Assembly (NCBI GenBank): GCA_050186335.1
Contig: JBFWYO010000033.1
Span: 1-40,000, forward strand
DNA: 40,000 nt
From: Alphaproteobacteria bacterium
GTDB taxonomy: Bacteria; Pseudomonadota; Alphaproteobacteria; Bin65
Reading direction: 5' to 3'
Shown here: positions 30,804 to 38,996 of the stretch, one piece after another
Layout of the letters: the number at the start of each line of letters is the position of its first letter
How positions within the stretch are numbered: the first letter of the stretch is position 1
The notes under the pieces: model-generated
Told to the model about the DNA's origin: nothing
The model's input: only the letters and a program-made list of their open reading frames with translations
Database searches by the model: none
Program-made: the position numbers and the translations under genes

Positions 30804-31862
30804 TTACTTCGCCAGATAGTTCCGATGCACCCATTCGCCGCTCGGGCGTTGCGCCTCGAACAGATACGCTTTCTCGGCGTCGCGCTGATCGAGCTTGCCG
30901 TACTTGTTGAGCGTGCGCACCTTGCGCGTGCCGTTGGCGGCGGCATCCAGGAACGCGAGCACGGCGGCCGAGGCAGGTGCCGCTTGCGCGGGCTTGTCCT
31001 TCCGCTTGTCGCCGACCGCTTCGACCGCGGCGGCGTTCAGCAGTTTGCCCCACATCTTGCGGAACAGGGCGTTCGACACATACACGTCGGCGCTGTTGAT
31101 CTCGCCGTTGATCGCGAAGGCGAAGCCGATCACGTCGGAATCCCTCTCGGCGACCGGTTGCAGCGTCTTGACCGCGGCGGCGATCGCCTGCTGCACTTTC
31201 TCGTTCTCGAGCGTGAGCTGCAGGCTGGACTTCGATTTCGCGTCCTGCACCGGCGCGCCGACATTGTCGGCCAGCTTGGACTGCGATTGCGCGACGCTGC
31301 GCCAAACCTCGTTCTGGCGCTGGCTGGTTGCGGGCTCGGCGATCTGGCCGGGCTTGCCCGGGGCCTTCATCGCCAGCTTGGCGTGCTTCGACGGCAGCGC
31401 CGATTTGGCGCTGTTGAACTTGCTGACGTCTTCCTTGCCGCGCTGCTGCCAGCGGCCTTGTTCGACGCAGAACGAGCCGATCGGCACCGGGCCGGATTTC
31501 GGCGGCAGCACCAGGCTCACGGTCAGCACGCGGTCTTGCTTGCCGCCTTTCACGATGTCGCCCGACTGGATGTAGATCTCCTCGTCGCTGACGTTCTCGA
31601 CGATCAGCTCGTTGACGTCGCTGGTTTCCTTGACGCGGATCTTGCCGGCATCCAGCGCCTCTTGAAGCGGAGTCGGCGTGCGCGTGCCGGCGGCGGATTT
31701 GCCGTGAATCAGATAAACCGCGAGATTGTCGTGCACATAGGGGCCGGACACGCGGTAATCGCCCGGGGCGGCGGCGAACGACGCCACCGGCGCGGCCGAC
31801 GCCAGCAGGGCCGCGGCGACGATGGTCATGAACGTCCGTCGCGGCAGAATGGATCGAAGCAT
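30804..31862 (-). CDS. secreted/periplasmic protein of unknown function (352 aa)
   Basis: The track ORF was trimmed to ATG 31860-31862, which has GGGAGG upstream. The signal peptide is MLRSILPRRTFMTIVAAALLASAAPVASFAAAP. The mature part contains IVKGGKQDRVL and GSFCVEQGRWQ. I tentatively recall these as the signature of a Pfam DUF (DUF6569-like); this is unverified. Confidence 0.8.
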   Translation of the reverse strand: MLRSILPRRTFMTIVAAALLASAAPVASFAAAPGDYRVSGPYVHDNLAVYLIHGKSAAGTRTPTPLQEALDAGKIRVKETSDVNELIVENVSDEEIYIQSGDIVKGGKQDRVLTVSLVLPPKSGPVPIGSFCVEQGRWQQRGKEDVSKFNSAKSALPSKHAKLAMKAPGKPGQIAEPATSQRQNEVWRSVAQSQSKLADNVGAPVQDAKSKSSLQLTLENEKVQQAIAAAVKTLQPVAERDSDVIGFAFAINGEINSADVYVSNALFRKMWGKLLNAAAVEAVGDKRKDKPAQAAPASAAVLAFLDAAANGTRKVRTLNKYGKLDQRDAEKAYLFEAQRPSGEWVHRNYLAK

Positions 31863-32019
31863 GGAAACCTCCCTCTCGGATTTGCGAACCGGGGGAAGCT
31901 GCGCCGGTATTGCGGCCCGCTCTCGACCGGCGAGCGGCGAAATTGCGGAAACATTGCGGCAACGGGTAAATATGGCAGCGGGAGGCGGAATTTGCGCGGA
32001 TGGCGGAACCGGGGCGGAC

Positions 32020-32105
32020 TCGCCGTTCGACAAGCTCGGGGTGAGGGCTATTATTCTTTGCGGTTTACGACAAGTGCCTCATGCCGAGCCGGTCGAAGCA
32101 TGAGG
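32020..32105. repeat. REP-like elements, family B (one degenerate and one complete copy)
   Basis: 32077-32105 is CCTCATGC-cgagccggtcgaa-GCATGAGG with an 8 bp stem, starting 10 nt downstream of the rlmI stop. 32024-32047 (GTTCGACAAGCTCGGGGTGAGGG) is a half-copy with a degenerate left arm. Confidence 0.7.
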
Positions 32106-32115
32106 TCCGCAACCC

Positions 32116-33303
32116 TCAATCCACCTGCAGCACCTGCCATTTCAGGTACGCGCTCTCGGGCAGATGCGGATGCACCGGATGATCCGGGCCGGCGCCGCCG
32201 GCATGGATGATTCGCGCGGCGCGGTGCGCCTGCGAAAGTCCCGCCGCGACTTCCTCGGCGAACAATTCGAGGCTCATATGGTGCGAGCAGGACGCGACGA
32301 ACAGGAACCCGCCGGCCTTGATCACGGGTGCCGCGAGGCGCACCAGCTTGCGGTAGCCGCGTGCCCCCGCGCTCAGCTCGCGCTTGGATTTGACGAAGCT
32401 CGGCGGGTCGCAAATCACGATGTCGTAGCGCGCGCCGCTGTCGCGGATCTTGTGCAGCGCCTCGAACGCTTCGCCCGCTTCGAACGAGCAGATCTTGCCC
32501 AGCCCGTTGTCGGCGGCGGCGCGCTGCGCCTGGGCGATCGCGGGTTTGGACGCATCGATTCCGTGCACCGCCTTGGCGCCCGCCTTGGCCGCGGTCACGC
32601 TGAACGCGCCGGTATGGCAATACATATCGAGCACGCGCTGGTCTTTCGCCATCGACGCGATCAGCGCGCGCGCCGGCTGCAGATCGAAGAACCAGCCGGT
32701 CTTCTGCCCCTCGAGCGGATCGATCGGGAACCGGCAGCCGCCTTCCTCGACGAACACGCCGCCCGCAAGATCGCCCGCGGCCACGCGGACTTCCTCGGGC
32801 ACCTGTTCGAGTTTCCGCACCGAGGCGTCGTTGCGCAGCACCACCGCGCGCGGCTTGAAGCTCGTTTCGAGCGCCGCCAGCAGCGCTTGCGTCAGCGTAT
32901 CGGCGCCGGCCGTATTCGACTGCACGACGAACACGTCGCCGTAGCGGTCGATGGCGAACCCGGGCAAGCCGTCGCCCTCGGCGTGGATCAGCCGGTAGAA
33001 CGGCCCGGCGAAGAACCGCGCGCGCAGTTCGGCCGCGTATTTAAGTTTTCGCGCGAACCAGTATTCGTCGAGCACGGCGTCGGGGTTGCGGTCGAACAGC
33101 CGGACCGCGATCAGCGAATGCAGGTTGAACGTGCCGATGCCGATCGGCCGGCCGTCGCTGGCCGCGACCGAGACCACGGAACCCTTCGGGATCAGCTTGG
33201 CATCCCCGGTCAGGCGCAGCTCGTTGGCGTAAACCCAGGGCCGGCCGTTGCGGACATGCTTGTCCTGGTGGGGCAGCAGGTGGAGCAGGGGATAATTGGA
33301 CAT
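32116..33303 (-). CDS. rlmI: class I SAM-dependent 23S rRNA (cytosine-C5) methyltransferase, RlmI-like (PUA + MTase)
   Basis: The N-terminal PUA-like region contains RNGRPWVYANEL...GSVVSV. EGQKTGWFFDLQ, VLDMYCHTGAFS and the DPPSF motif IV are present, in a 395 aa length. Confidence 0.85.
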   Translation of the reverse strand: MSNYPLLHLLPHQDKHVRNGRPWVYANELRLTGDAKLIPKGSVVSVAASDGRPIGIGTFNLHSLIAVRLFDRNPDAVLDEYWFARKLKYAAELRARFFAGPFYRLIHAEGDGLPGFAIDRYGDVFVVQSNTAGADTLTQALLAALETSFKPRAVVLRNDASVRKLEQVPEEVRVAAGDLAGGVFVEEGGCRFPIDPLEGQKTGWFFDLQPARALIASMAKDQRVLDMYCHTGAFSVTAAKAGAKAVHGIDASKPAIAQAQRAAADNGLGKICSFEAGEAFEALHKIRDSGARYDIVICDPPSFVKSKRELSAGARGYRKLVRLAAPVIKAGGFLFVASCSHHMSLELFAEEVAAGLSQAHRAARIIHAGGAGPDHPVHPHLPESAYLKWQVLQVD

Positions 33304-33365
33304 GGGCGGGGTTATACAGGAAAACCGCGCGAAGCAAGGACGGTTCTCGCGTCTTGAATGTGATC

Positions 33366-33488
33366 CATCCTTCGATACGCGCTTCGCGCTACTCAGGATG
33401 AGGTGGAGTTTTCGACGTCCAACAACTGCCTCATCCTGAGTAGCGCGTTCTTGCGCGCGTATCGTCCTTCGACAAGCTCAGGATGAGG
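33366..33488. repeat. Cluster of family B REP-like elements with three mutually complementary arms
   Basis: ACTCAGGATGAGG (33391-33403), its complement CCTCATCCTGAGT (33429-33441) and CTCAGGATGAGG (33477-33488) give either a 13 bp or a 12 bp perfect stem. A further CATCCT...AGGATG pairing spans 33366-33400, and there are inner GCGCG/CGCGC stems. Confidence 0.8.
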
Positions 33489-33546
33489 GGATGGGCCGCC
33501 GGCACGATCCTGCGGGCTTCGGCACAAATCTCCACCGCGAAGAATT

Positions 33547-35370
33547 CTACTCCGCCGCGCGCGCCTTCGGCTTCGCCATCTCCGCGCGCGCCGCCTTGGT
33601 TCCCGCCGCATCCACCTTGAACGTCCGCGGATCGACCACGACGCCGAACTTTTCGCGCACCTGGTCCGCCGTGTAGTAGCCGCGCGAAATATCCTTGGCG
33701 ACCGACTCGGTGTCGCGTTCCAATGGATTCCCGAAGCCGCCGCCGCCGGGGGTGGCGACTTCGATGCGGTCGCCGGGGCCGACGTTGATGTCCTGGTCCT
33801 TGGACAAGTGGGGCGGGATGTAGCGTTCGTTGCCGCGCTGCACGGCGACCCTGTTGACGCCGCCGTCGCCGCCGCCGAGCGCGCCCTGCGGGCCGACGCG
33901 GCCGTGGTCCATCACGAACGAGGCGCGCGCGGTGCCGCGCCGCAAGGTCACGCTGTATTTGACGCCGAAGCCGCCGCGCGTCTTGCCCGCACCGCCCGAG
34001 CCTTCGTGGATCGCATACTCGTCGATCAGGATCGGATAGCGCTGTTCGACGATTTCGATCGGCGTGGTCTTGGAAATGCCGATCGTCGAGCAGCCGTTGG
34101 TGATGCCGTCGCCCTCGCGATAGCCGCCGTAGCCGCCGCCGGAAATCAGGTACAGCACGTAGGAGCGGTTGTTCTGCGGATCGTGGCCGCCGAGCGCGAA
34201 ATTGCCCGAGCTGCCGGCGGGCGCGGCAAACAGCAGATCCGGAATCGCCTTGACCATGGCCGAGAACACCGCTTCGGCGATGCGCTGGCTGACCTCGGCG
34301 GCGCAGCCGGAGACCGGCCGCGGATACTTGGCATATAAAAAAGTCCCGTGCGGCTCGATGATGTTGAGCGGTGCGAACGTGCCGGCGTTGATCGGCACGT
34401 CCGGAAAGATGTGCTTCATCGCCAGGTAGATCGACGATTTGGTGGTGGCGATGACCGAATTCATCGGTCCCTGGCACGGCGGCGACGAGCCGGTCATGTC
34501 GAAGGTGAGACCGTCGCCCTTCTTGGTGATCTTCATGGCAATCTTGAGCGGCGCGTCGACCACGCCGTCGGAATCGACGAACGACTCGCCGACATAGACC
34601 CCATCGGGAATCAGCGAGATTTTCGCGCGCATGCGCTGTTCGGCGCGCGCCTTCAACTGCACGATGCCGTCGGTCACCACCGCGGCGCCGTAGCGGTCCA
34701 TCAGCGCGGTCAGCCGTTTTTCGCCGACCGAGAGTGCGGCGGCCTGCGCCTTGATGTCGCCGATGCGCTGGTCGGCGATGCGGATGTTGGAGAGGATGAT
34801 GCCGAGGATTTCCTCGTCCAACACGCCCCGCTTGAACAGCTTCACCGGCGGCAGTCGCAAACCTTCCTGTTCGACCTCGGTGGCGTTGGCGGAAAACCCG
34901 CCGGGCACCATGCCGCCGGTGTCCGGCCAATGGCCGGTATTGGCCAGCCAGCAATACAGCTTGCCCTTGTAGAAGAACGGCTTGACGAAGCGCACGTCCA
35001 TCAGATGCGTGCCGCCCATGTACGGATCGTTGACGACGTACATGTCGCCGGGCTTGACGTCCTTGGCGCGCTTGATCACTTCCATGGTGCCGAACTGCAT
35101 GGTGCCGACAAACACCGGCAGGCCGAGATCGCCCTGCGCGATCAATTCGCCGGTGACGCCATGGTAGATTCCGTCGGAACGGTCGAGCGCCTCCGAAATC
35201 ACCGGGCTGAACGCCGAGCGCACGAACGCCAGATCCATCTCGTTGCAAACCTGGATCAGCCCGTTCTGGATCACGACCAGCGTGACCGGATCGATGGCTT
35301 TGCCGCCACGCGATTTGCCGCCGCGCGGGGCGGCCGGCTTGGCTTTGCGGGATTTTGTGCGGGTGGTCAT
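33547..35370 (-). CDS. hyuB: hydantoinase B/oxoprolinase family protein
   Basis: DPVTLVVIQNGLIQVCNEMDLAFVRSAFSPVISEALDRSDGIY is a classic HyuB N-terminal region. It is preceded by a 25-residue Lys/Arg-rich extension. An ATGA overlaps the hyuA stop. The longer same-strand track ORF 33431..35377 is in the wrong frame. Confidence 0.9.
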   Translation of the reverse strand: MTTRTKSRKAKPAAPRGGKSRGGKAIDPVTLVVIQNGLIQVCNEMDLAFVRSAFSPVISEALDRSDGIYHGVTGELIAQGDLGLPVFVGTMQFGTMEVIKRAKDVKPGDMYVVNDPYMGGTHLMDVRFVKPFFYKGKLYCWLANTGHWPDTGGMVPGGFSANATEVEQEGLRLPPVKLFKRGVLDEEILGIILSNIRIADQRIGDIKAQAAALSVGEKRLTALMDRYGAAVVTDGIVQLKARAEQRMRAKISLIPDGVYVGESFVDSDGVVDAPLKIAMKITKKGDGLTFDMTGSSPPCQGPMNSVIATTKSSIYLAMKHIFPDVPINAGTFAPLNIIEPHGTFLYAKYPRPVSGCAAEVSQRIAEAVFSAMVKAIPDLLFAAPAGSSGNFALGGHDPQNNRSYVLYLISGGGYGGYREGDGITNGCSTIGISKTTPIEIVEQRYPILIDEYAIHEGSGGAGKTRGGFGVKYSVTLRRGTARASFVMDHGRVGPQGALGGGDGGVNRVAVQRGNERYIPPHLSKDQDINVGPGDRIEVATPGGGGFGNPLERDTESVAKDISRGYYTADQVREKFGVVVDPRTFKVDAAGTKAARAEMAKPKARAAE

Positions 35371-37427
35371 TTGGCACCTCCGCCGACGCGAATGATAAGA
35401 TTTCCGAGCTTGTCCGTCACCAGCTTGCAGCCGGGTTCGACCACGATGGTCGAATCCAGTTGTTCGACGATCAGCGGGCCGGCCAGCTTGCCGCCGCGCG
35501 CCAACTGCTCGCGCCGGTAGATCGGCGTCTTTTTCCAGCCGCCGGCCTCGAACCAGACGCGCCGGTGGGCGCGCGGCTTGGTGCCGAGCTTCTTGTCGAC
35601 CTGTGTGAGGTCGGCCAGCGGCACGCGCTTGCGCCGGCCGATCACTGCGGTGTGCAGGTTCACCAGCACCGGGCGGATTTCCGGCAGCGCCACTTCGAAG
35701 CGCCGCCAGTAAACGGCTTCGAAATCCTGGCGCAGCTTTTCGCGGGTGACCTTGGAATTGGCGACCGGCACGGTCAGGATGTGGCTCTGGCCCTGGAACT
35801 GCATGTCGGCGAAATGCAGCACGGTCAGGCCCTCGATTTCGACCTGTTCGCGGCCGATCGTGGTCTTGCCTTCGGCGACCTGCGCATCGAGCGTGTCGCG
35901 CACGAGCTTCATATCGAGCTCGGCGAGCGGCCGGTTGACCGTGCGCACATAGTCGTGGCGCACGTCGGCGACCAGGCAGCCCAGCGCGTTCGTGATGCCC
36001 GGCTTGGCCGGCACCAGCACGTTGGGAATGGCGAGCTCGCGGGCGAGGGCGGTCGCGTGCAGCGGCCCGGCGCCGCCGAACGCGAACAGCGCGAAATCGC
36101 GCGGGTCGTGGCCGCGCGACAGCGAGACCATGCGGAGCGCGCCGGCCATGCGGTCGTTGGCGATGCGGATGATCGCGGCGGCGACTTCATAGGCGTCCAT
36201 GCCCATATGCTTGCCGATTTCGCGCTCGAAGATCGCGGCGATCGCGTCGAGCGAGATCTTGTTCTCGACCGCCAGCAGCGCATCCGGATTGAGCCGGCCC
36301 AGCAGCAAGTTCGCGTCGGTGATGGTCGGCCGCTTGCCGCCGCGGCCGTAACAGATCGGCCCCGGCGTGGCGCCCGCGCTTTCCGGCCCCACTTGCAGCA
36401 TGCCGGCGTCGTTGATGAACGCCAGCGAACCGCCGCCGGCGCCGATCGTGTGCACGTCGACCATCGGCACATGGATCGGCATCGCATATTCCAGCTCCAG
36501 CTCCGAGCTGACGTCCGGGATGCCGTTCTGGATCAGCCCCACGTCGCAGCTGGTCCCGCCCATGTCGCAGGTGATGACGTTGGGCATGCCGGCGGATACC
36601 GAGGTGTAGGCGGCGGCGATGATGCCCGAGGCAGGCCCGGACATGACCGTATTGACCGCGGCTTCCGAAACGATGCGCGACGACACCGTGCCGCCGTTGC
36701 CCTGCATGACCAGCAGGTCGCGCGGATAGCCTTCGCTCTTGAGCTCGTTCTGCAGGCGGGAAATGTATCTATGCAGGACCGGCTGGATCGACGCGTTGAC
36801 CGCCGCGGTCACGCCGCGCTCGTATTCTCGGTACTCGCTGATGATCCGGTGGCCGAGCGTGATGTAATTGTTGGGCCAGAGTTCCTCTGCGATCTCGCCC
36901 GCGCGCCGCTCGTGCGCGGGATTGATGTAGGCGTGCAGGAAATGGATGACGATCGCCTCGCAGCCGGCCGCGATCAGCTTCTTGACCGCGGCTTCGACCT
37001 GCGCCTCATCGAGCGCGCGAATGACGTTGCCCTGCGCGTCCATGCGCTCGGTCACCTCCAGGCGCAGCTCGCGCGGGATCAGCGGCACGAACTGGCCCTT
37101 CAATCCGTACGGCTTCGGCCGCGTGCGGCGGCCGAGCTCCAATACGTCGCGGAAGCCGCGCGTGGTAATCAGCCCGCACCGGCTGATCTTGCGCTCCAGC
37201 AGTGCGTTGGTCGTGGTCGTCGTGCCGTGGATGATGGTCGAGACCGCATCGAGCCGCTCGCCCGTCGTCTTGAGCGCCGAAAGCACGCCGAACGCCTGGT
37301 TCTCGACCGTGCTCGGCACTTTCGCCACGCGGATGTTGCGCCCGTCCTCGTCCATCATGATGAGATCGGTGAACGTTCCGCCGACGTCGATGCCGACGAC
37401 CTTGCCGATTCGTTTTTTGGCTTTCAT
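35367..37427 (-). CDS. hyuA: hydantoinase A/oxoprolinase family protein
   Basis: The ORF was trimmed to ATG 37425-37427, with GGAG 9 nt upstream. It opens MKAKKRIGKVVGIDVGGTFTDLI, an ASKHA-type phosphate-1 motif, and later contains ITCDMGGTSCDV. Confidence 0.9.
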   Translation of the reverse strand: MKAKKRIGKVVGIDVGGTFTDLIMMDEDGRNIRVAKVPSTVENQAFGVLSALKTTGERLDAVSTIIHGTTTTTNALLERKISRCGLITTRGFRDVLELGRRTRPKPYGLKGQFVPLIPRELRLEVTERMDAQGNVIRALDEAQVEAAVKKLIAAGCEAIVIHFLHAYINPAHERRAGEIAEELWPNNYITLGHRIISEYREYERGVTAAVNASIQPVLHRYISRLQNELKSEGYPRDLLVMQGNGGTVSSRIVSEAAVNTVMSGPASGIIAAAYTSVSAGMPNVITCDMGGTSCDVGLIQNGIPDVSSELELEYAMPIHVPMVDVHTIGAGGGSLAFINDAGMLQVGPESAGATPGPICYGRGGKRPTITDANLLLGRLNPDALLAVENKISLDAIAAIFEREIGKHMGMDAYEVAAAIIRIANDRMAGALRMVSLSRGHDPRDFALFAFGGAGPLHATALARELAIPNVLVPAKPGITNALGCLVADVRHDYVRTVNRPLAELDMKLVRDTLDAQVAEGKTTIGREQVEIEGLTVLHFADMQFQGQSHILTVPVANSKVTREKLRQDFEAVYWRRFEVALPEIRPVLVNLHTAVIGRRKRVPLADLTQVDKKLGTKPRAHRRVWFEAGGWKKTPIYRREQLARGGKLAGPLIVEQLDSTIVVEPGCKLVTDKLGNLIIRVGGGAK

Positions 37428-37446
37428 CGCTCGGTACTCCGCTCGT

Positions 37447-37489
37447 CTCATCCTTCGAGGCTCGCCTGTGGCTCGCACCTCAGGATGAG
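37447..37489. repeat. REP-like element, family B
   Basis: CTCATCCT-tc-GAGG...CCTC-AGGATGAG forms an 8+4 bp stem with a 2 nt bulge. It lies in the hyuA-livF intergenic gap. Confidence 0.7.
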
Positions 37490-37529
37490 GCCTTTATTTT
37501 TAGAAGCCTCGAACCATGAGGCCGTTTCG

Positions 37530-38231
37530 TCACACCGTCAGATACGCCTTGCGCACGTCTTCGTTGGCCGCCAGCTCCGCCATCGTGCCTTCGTACTGGA
37601 TGCGGCCTTTTTCGATGATGTAGGCGCGGTCGGAAACCAGCGTGGCGAAGTGCAGATTCTGTTCGCTGAGCAGCACCGAGACGCCGCTCGTCTTCAATTC
37701 GCGTATGGTATTCGCCAGCTGCTCGACGATGACCGGCGCCAGGCCCTCGGACGGTTCGTCCAGCAGCACCATGCGCGGGTTGCCCATCAGCGTGCGCGCG
37801 ATGGTCAGCATCTGCTGTTCGCCGCCGCTCATGCGCCCGCCGGGGCGGTCGCGCATCGCCGCCAGATTGGGAAACAGCGCGAACAGCCGTTCGGCGGTCC
37901 AGGTGACCACGCCGTCGCGCGGCTTCTGCTTGCCGACTTCGAGATTCTCCATGACGCTGAGCTCGGTGAAGATGCGCCGTTCCTCGGGCACATAGCCGAG
38001 GCCCAGGCGGGAAATCGCGAACGGCTGCTTGCCGCCGATCGAAATCCCCTCGAACGACAAGTCGCCTTTGGCCGCCGGCACCAGGCCCATGATCGATTTC
38101 ATCGTGGTCGATTTGCCGGCGCCGTTGCGGCCCAGCAGCACCACCACCTCGCCCGCGCGCACCTCGAGCGCCACGTCGAACAGGATATGCGCGCGGCCGT
38201 AGAATGCGTTCAGGTTGCGCACCGACAGCAT
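37530..38231 (-). CDS. livF: branched-chain amino acid-type ABC transporter ATP-binding protein (LivF-like)
   Basis: Walker A is GRNGAGKST, the signature is MSGGEQQML and Walker B is VLLDEPSEGLAP. The 233 aa length fits. Confidence 0.9.
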   Translation of the reverse strand: MLSVRNLNAFYGRAHILFDVALEVRAGEVVVLLGRNGAGKSTTMKSIMGLVPAAKGDLSFEGISIGGKQPFAISRLGLGYVPEERRIFTELSVMENLEVGKQKPRDGVVTWTAERLFALFPNLAAMRDRPGGRMSGGEQQMLTIARTLMGNPRMVLLDEPSEGLAPVIVEQLANTIRELKTSGVSVLLSEQNLHFATLVSDRAYIIEKGRIQYEGTMAELAANEDVRKAYLTV

Positions 38232-38996
38232 CTAATGTGTCCCCACGCCGTGCACGGCGCCGGAACCCAGATAGATGTCCTGCACCTGCTTGTTGTTGCG
38301 TACGTCGAGCGGCTTGCCCTGCGCGATCAGTTCGCCGCGGTTGAGCACCATGATGCGGTCGGCGTGGGCGAACACCACGTCCATGTCGTGTTCGGTGAAC
38401 AGCACCGAGATCTTTTCCGCGTGCACGATATCGGCGGCCAGCTGCATCAGTGCGATGCGTTCGCGCGGCGCCATGCCGGCGGTCGGTTCGTCCATCAACA
38501 GAAGCTTCGGCGCGTTCGCCAGCGCCACGGCGAGTTCGACGCGCTTCAGGTCGCCGTAAGCCAGCACGCCGCACGCCCGCTCGTGCTGCTGCGCCATGCC
38601 GACCCGGTCGAGCAGCGCCATGGCCTCGTCCTTGTACAGATCGCCGGCGCGCCGCCACAGCGCGCGTGTTTCGCCGTGGAACGACAGCAGCGCCATCTGC
38701 ACGTTCTCGCGCACGGTCATCGAGCCGAACGTGGCGGTGATCTGAAACGTGCGGCCGACGCCCAGGCGCCATACCTCGCGCGGCGCCATGCCGGCGATGT
38801 CGCGGCCGAGAATCCTGATGCTGCCGGCGTCGGGCGGCAACTGGCCGTTCAGCATGTTGAAGCAGGTCGTCTTGCCGGCGCCGTTCGGCCCGATCAGCGC
38901 CAGCAATTCGCCCTCCGGCAGCGTAAAAGAGACGTTCTTCACCGCCTGCACGCCGCCGAACGATTTGCTGAGCGCATCGACCGCGAGCACGCTCAT
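38232..38996 (-). CDS. livG: branched-chain amino acid-type ABC transporter ATP-binding protein (LivG-like)
   Basis: The ORF was trimmed to ATG 38994-38996 (MSVLAVDALSKSFGGVQAV). Walker A is GPNGAGKTT, and LAYGDLKRVELAVALA and LLMDEPTAGM are present. The track ORF 38232..39692 is read-through over livM. Confidence 0.9.
   Translation of the reverse strand: MSVLAVDALSKSFGGVQAVKNVSFTLPEGELLALIGPNGAGKTTCFNMLNGQLPPDAGSIRILGRDIAGMAPREVWRLGVGRTFQITATFGSMTVRENVQMALLSFHGETRALWRRAGDLYKDEAMALLDRVGMAQQHERACGVLAYGDLKRVELAVALANAPKLLLMDEPTAGMAPRERIALMQLAADIVHAEKISVLFTEHDMDVVFAHADRIMVLNRGELIAQGKPLDVRNNKQVQDIYLGSGAVHGVGTH

Noticed and set aside
33393-33611. 72-aa ORF inside the hyuB-rlmI gap (..HPELVEGRYARKNALLRMRQ..)
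   Set aside because: The sequence is the translation of family B REP elements. It has no RBS and no codon bias.
33431-35377. 648-aa ORF on the same strand as hyuB but in a different frame
   Set aside because: The frame giving 33547..35370 carries the hydantoinase B motifs and normal composition. The 648-aa frame is Arg/Pro/Gly-rich nonsense and runs through the REP cluster.
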